A stretch of 64,000 nucleotides of DNA from Cenococcum geophilum (lineage: Eukaryota). This document shows positions 62,003 to 64,000 of this stretch, one piece after another. Each line of letters begins with the position of its first letter. Within the stretch, counting starts at the first letter, position 1. The notes beneath the pieces were generated by a model. It did no database searches, had not been told where the DNA came from, and worked only from the letters and a program-made list of their open reading frames with translations. A program made the position numbers and the translations under genes. Location of the stretch: positions 8,246,001 through 8,310,000 of the forward strand of contig CP158635.1 in the NCBI GenBank assembly GCA_050273025.1, read 5' to 3'.

Positions 62003-63480
62003 TCATGTACTAGTTTAGCAGCTTTAAGAAACTCACAGTCTTTGCTATTAGTAAAGTGTTTTTCTTTACAATTGCTGCAAAGAGGGGTAGTATACTCGCA
62101 AGGTCTACCTATTATATTGCAAATAGGACAGGAGTGGTCTTTAGATAGATATGCCGCTGCACAAAATCGACAGGCCTTGGTAGAGCATCTATCTCCTATA
62201 TAGCCAAATTTTTGGCAACTTGTACACTGTGTAGTAGGAGAGACTTTTAGGTATTTAACTACCTTAGCAGCTACCCCTACAATTAGGATTTCCTTCTGCT
62301 TAAGAATTTCCTGTTTTTTCTCCTCGTTTTCTATAGCAAAAACTATAGAGCCAAACCTAGTTTGTGGATCATATCTCTTTTCCCTAAAAGAGATCCATCT
62401 AGGTTATCCCTGTATCTTAATAGGATTAAAGGTCTCTATTTCTTCCTTTAGAAGTTTAGAGCCTCCTTCTCCTAGGAAGGGGGGGATAGGGACGCTATGA
62501 GCTACTATTTAAGCCCAGGGCTCTAGTTTTTGTTCTCTTTTAAAGGAGAAGCAGCTAGACCAGACTTCTTTATATTTAACTAGAAAATCTGCATTGTATT
62601 CCTCCGTTGTTATAAGGAAAATATTCTGCTTTTCTCTAGTTCTAGCTATAGAAGCTATAACTAGCTTCTCTATTTGCAATTTGGACATAAATCGTTAATT
62701 AATTATATTTCGTATAGAGAAGATATCTAAAGGCTGGTCCTTTTGGTCTATAACTAGGACTAATTTTCTTTCTTATAGCTGCTTCTTTTTCTCTCTAGTA
62801 GAGGTAGGGCTTGTAGAACTAGTAGTGCTACTAGTTACCTTACTAATAGGGGGAATTGAGGAGGTAGGGGGTAAAGAAGAAGAAGAAGAGGTAGTAGAGG
62901 AAGGAGGAGACGACGATAAAGAGGAGTAAGTAGAAGAAGAGAGGCCCTTCTTTAACTTTTCTGCATAGGTTTTAGGGGCTACCTCCTTGCGGAGGGCTCT
63001 TACTTCTTCTACTAGTCCTTTTAGGATATTTGTCTCTTGTTTTTCCTTTTCTGTTTCTTTTATAGAAGGATTTTCTCCTACTATAATTCTTTATACGTCG
63101 TCCTTAATATATTTAACTTGCTCCTTACTTTCTCCTTCTAGCCTTAGATAGGCCTAGGTTAGGTTTTCTAGGGCCTTTTATAGGAATTGTTTTAAAGAAG
63201 GAGGGGGGAAATATAAACTAGCCCTAGAGGACCTCATTTTTACTAGGTTTCTTTTTGGATTGTAGCTATCTTTTTCAGGAGACGATAGGGGGTGGTTTCT
63301 TTTTCTTTGGTTCCTTGTATAAGCTGGGGACGGCTTATCTACTTCTTCTACTTCTTTATCTTTCCTAGATGGGCATGGGGAAGATGGAGAAGAACAAGTA
63401 GAAGAGGTAGATAAGAATTCATCATCGCTTATCTCTATAGGAGGCTTGATTTTAGGCTTAGTAGCCTTTACCTTTGGCAT
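61999..63480 (-). pseudogene. LINE ORF1 (gag-like, 494 codons, three C-terminal zinc knuckles)
   Basis: ATG 63480 is in frame with TGA 61999-62001. C-terminus reads QCTSCQKFGYIGDRC..CRFCAAAYLSKDHSC..CSNCKEKHFTNSKDC; internal TAG/TAA stops. Confidence 0.9.
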
Positions 63481-64000
63481 TTCATGTCTTATAGCTTATA
63501 GCTTATAGCTTATAGCTTATAGGGGGGGGTTTCTAGTTTTTGCAGTAGATAATAACCTCCTTAGGTCTCTTATCTCCTAGCACAGAGGTGAAAAACTAGG
63601 TAAAAAGCCTTCCTAGTTTTTACTATCCTTCTATATCCTTTTTCCTTACTAACTCTACTAGAGAGCTTCTAGGGAAATTAGACTAAAAGGTAGTAGAAAA
63701 ACTGGGTAAAAAGACTATAGTAGTTATTTTCTTCTCTATTAGAAGTAGAAAAAACTACTAGAAAAAAAGGACTTGTTAGGCTTTTACTAGCAGAAAAGCC
63801 CGAAAAGGCAATCCTTCTCTTACTAAGGAAAATCTAACTAAAGGAGATATAGAAAAGTACCTACACCCCCTATTTTATTAGGCTTTTACTTTTTATAGAA
63901 GAAAAACCTAGGAAAAGTCTATGTTTTGATATTTTAGTATTCCTACCCCTGCCTCGCTTACAAGCTAGGACCACCCTTAAGAGAATTTTCTCTTGGGTAA

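Larger units (their letters stand above)
57586..64000 (-). mobile_element. Tad1-like LINE (non-LTR retrotransposon) with RNase H; 5' end at or beyond the window edge
   Basis: Two overlapping ORFs, and a 3' UTR ending in an A9 tail (T-run 57586-57594). No matching TSD is visible within the window. Confidence 0.92.

Noticed and set aside
59429..63480. ORFs 59429-59677 and 63178-63480 as functional genes
   Set aside because: These are stop-free fragments of LINE ORF2 and ORF1, truncated by RIP stops.
1..64000. Starship captain (DUF3435), rRNA/tRNA genes, intact host or effector genes
   Set aside because: The two YR genes carry Crypton (NDC10/GCR1-like) motifs; no RNA gene or intact ORF was recognisable by eye.

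Overview
AT-rich, TpA-saturated fungal (filamentous ascomycete-like) repeat block with no intact protein-coding gene. Almost every ORF is broken by C>T/G>A transitions typical of repeat-induced point mutation (RIP). LTR pairs, target-site duplications (TSDs) and de-RIPed protein motifs resolve it into nested transposons. From left to right: two RIPed genes of unknown family, one ending in a chromodomain (1-4618); a truncated Ty3/Gypsy; a hAT transposase split by a full Ty1/Copia; and a Crypton (tyrosine recombinase) split by a 27-kb stack. That stack is chromovirus Gypsy-B1 containing Gypsy-C, which in turn contains a second Copia copy, a satellite-rich TIR insert, Gypsy-B2 and a solo LTR. Next comes an 11.6-kb block bounded by ~320-bp inverted repeats that holds a second Crypton and another Copia with a fold-back MITE, then a gag remnant and a lightly RIPed Tad1-like LINE with RNase H. 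The most unusual signal is a 27-bp palindrome (GATTTTCCATCCC-N-GGGATGGAAAATC) with CCAAT-like flanks. It occurs in the 3' non-coding region of three otherwise unrelated LTR-retrotransposon families. All motif reading was by eye; no alignment or database search was run. Family labels A, A', B, C and D are local to this report.
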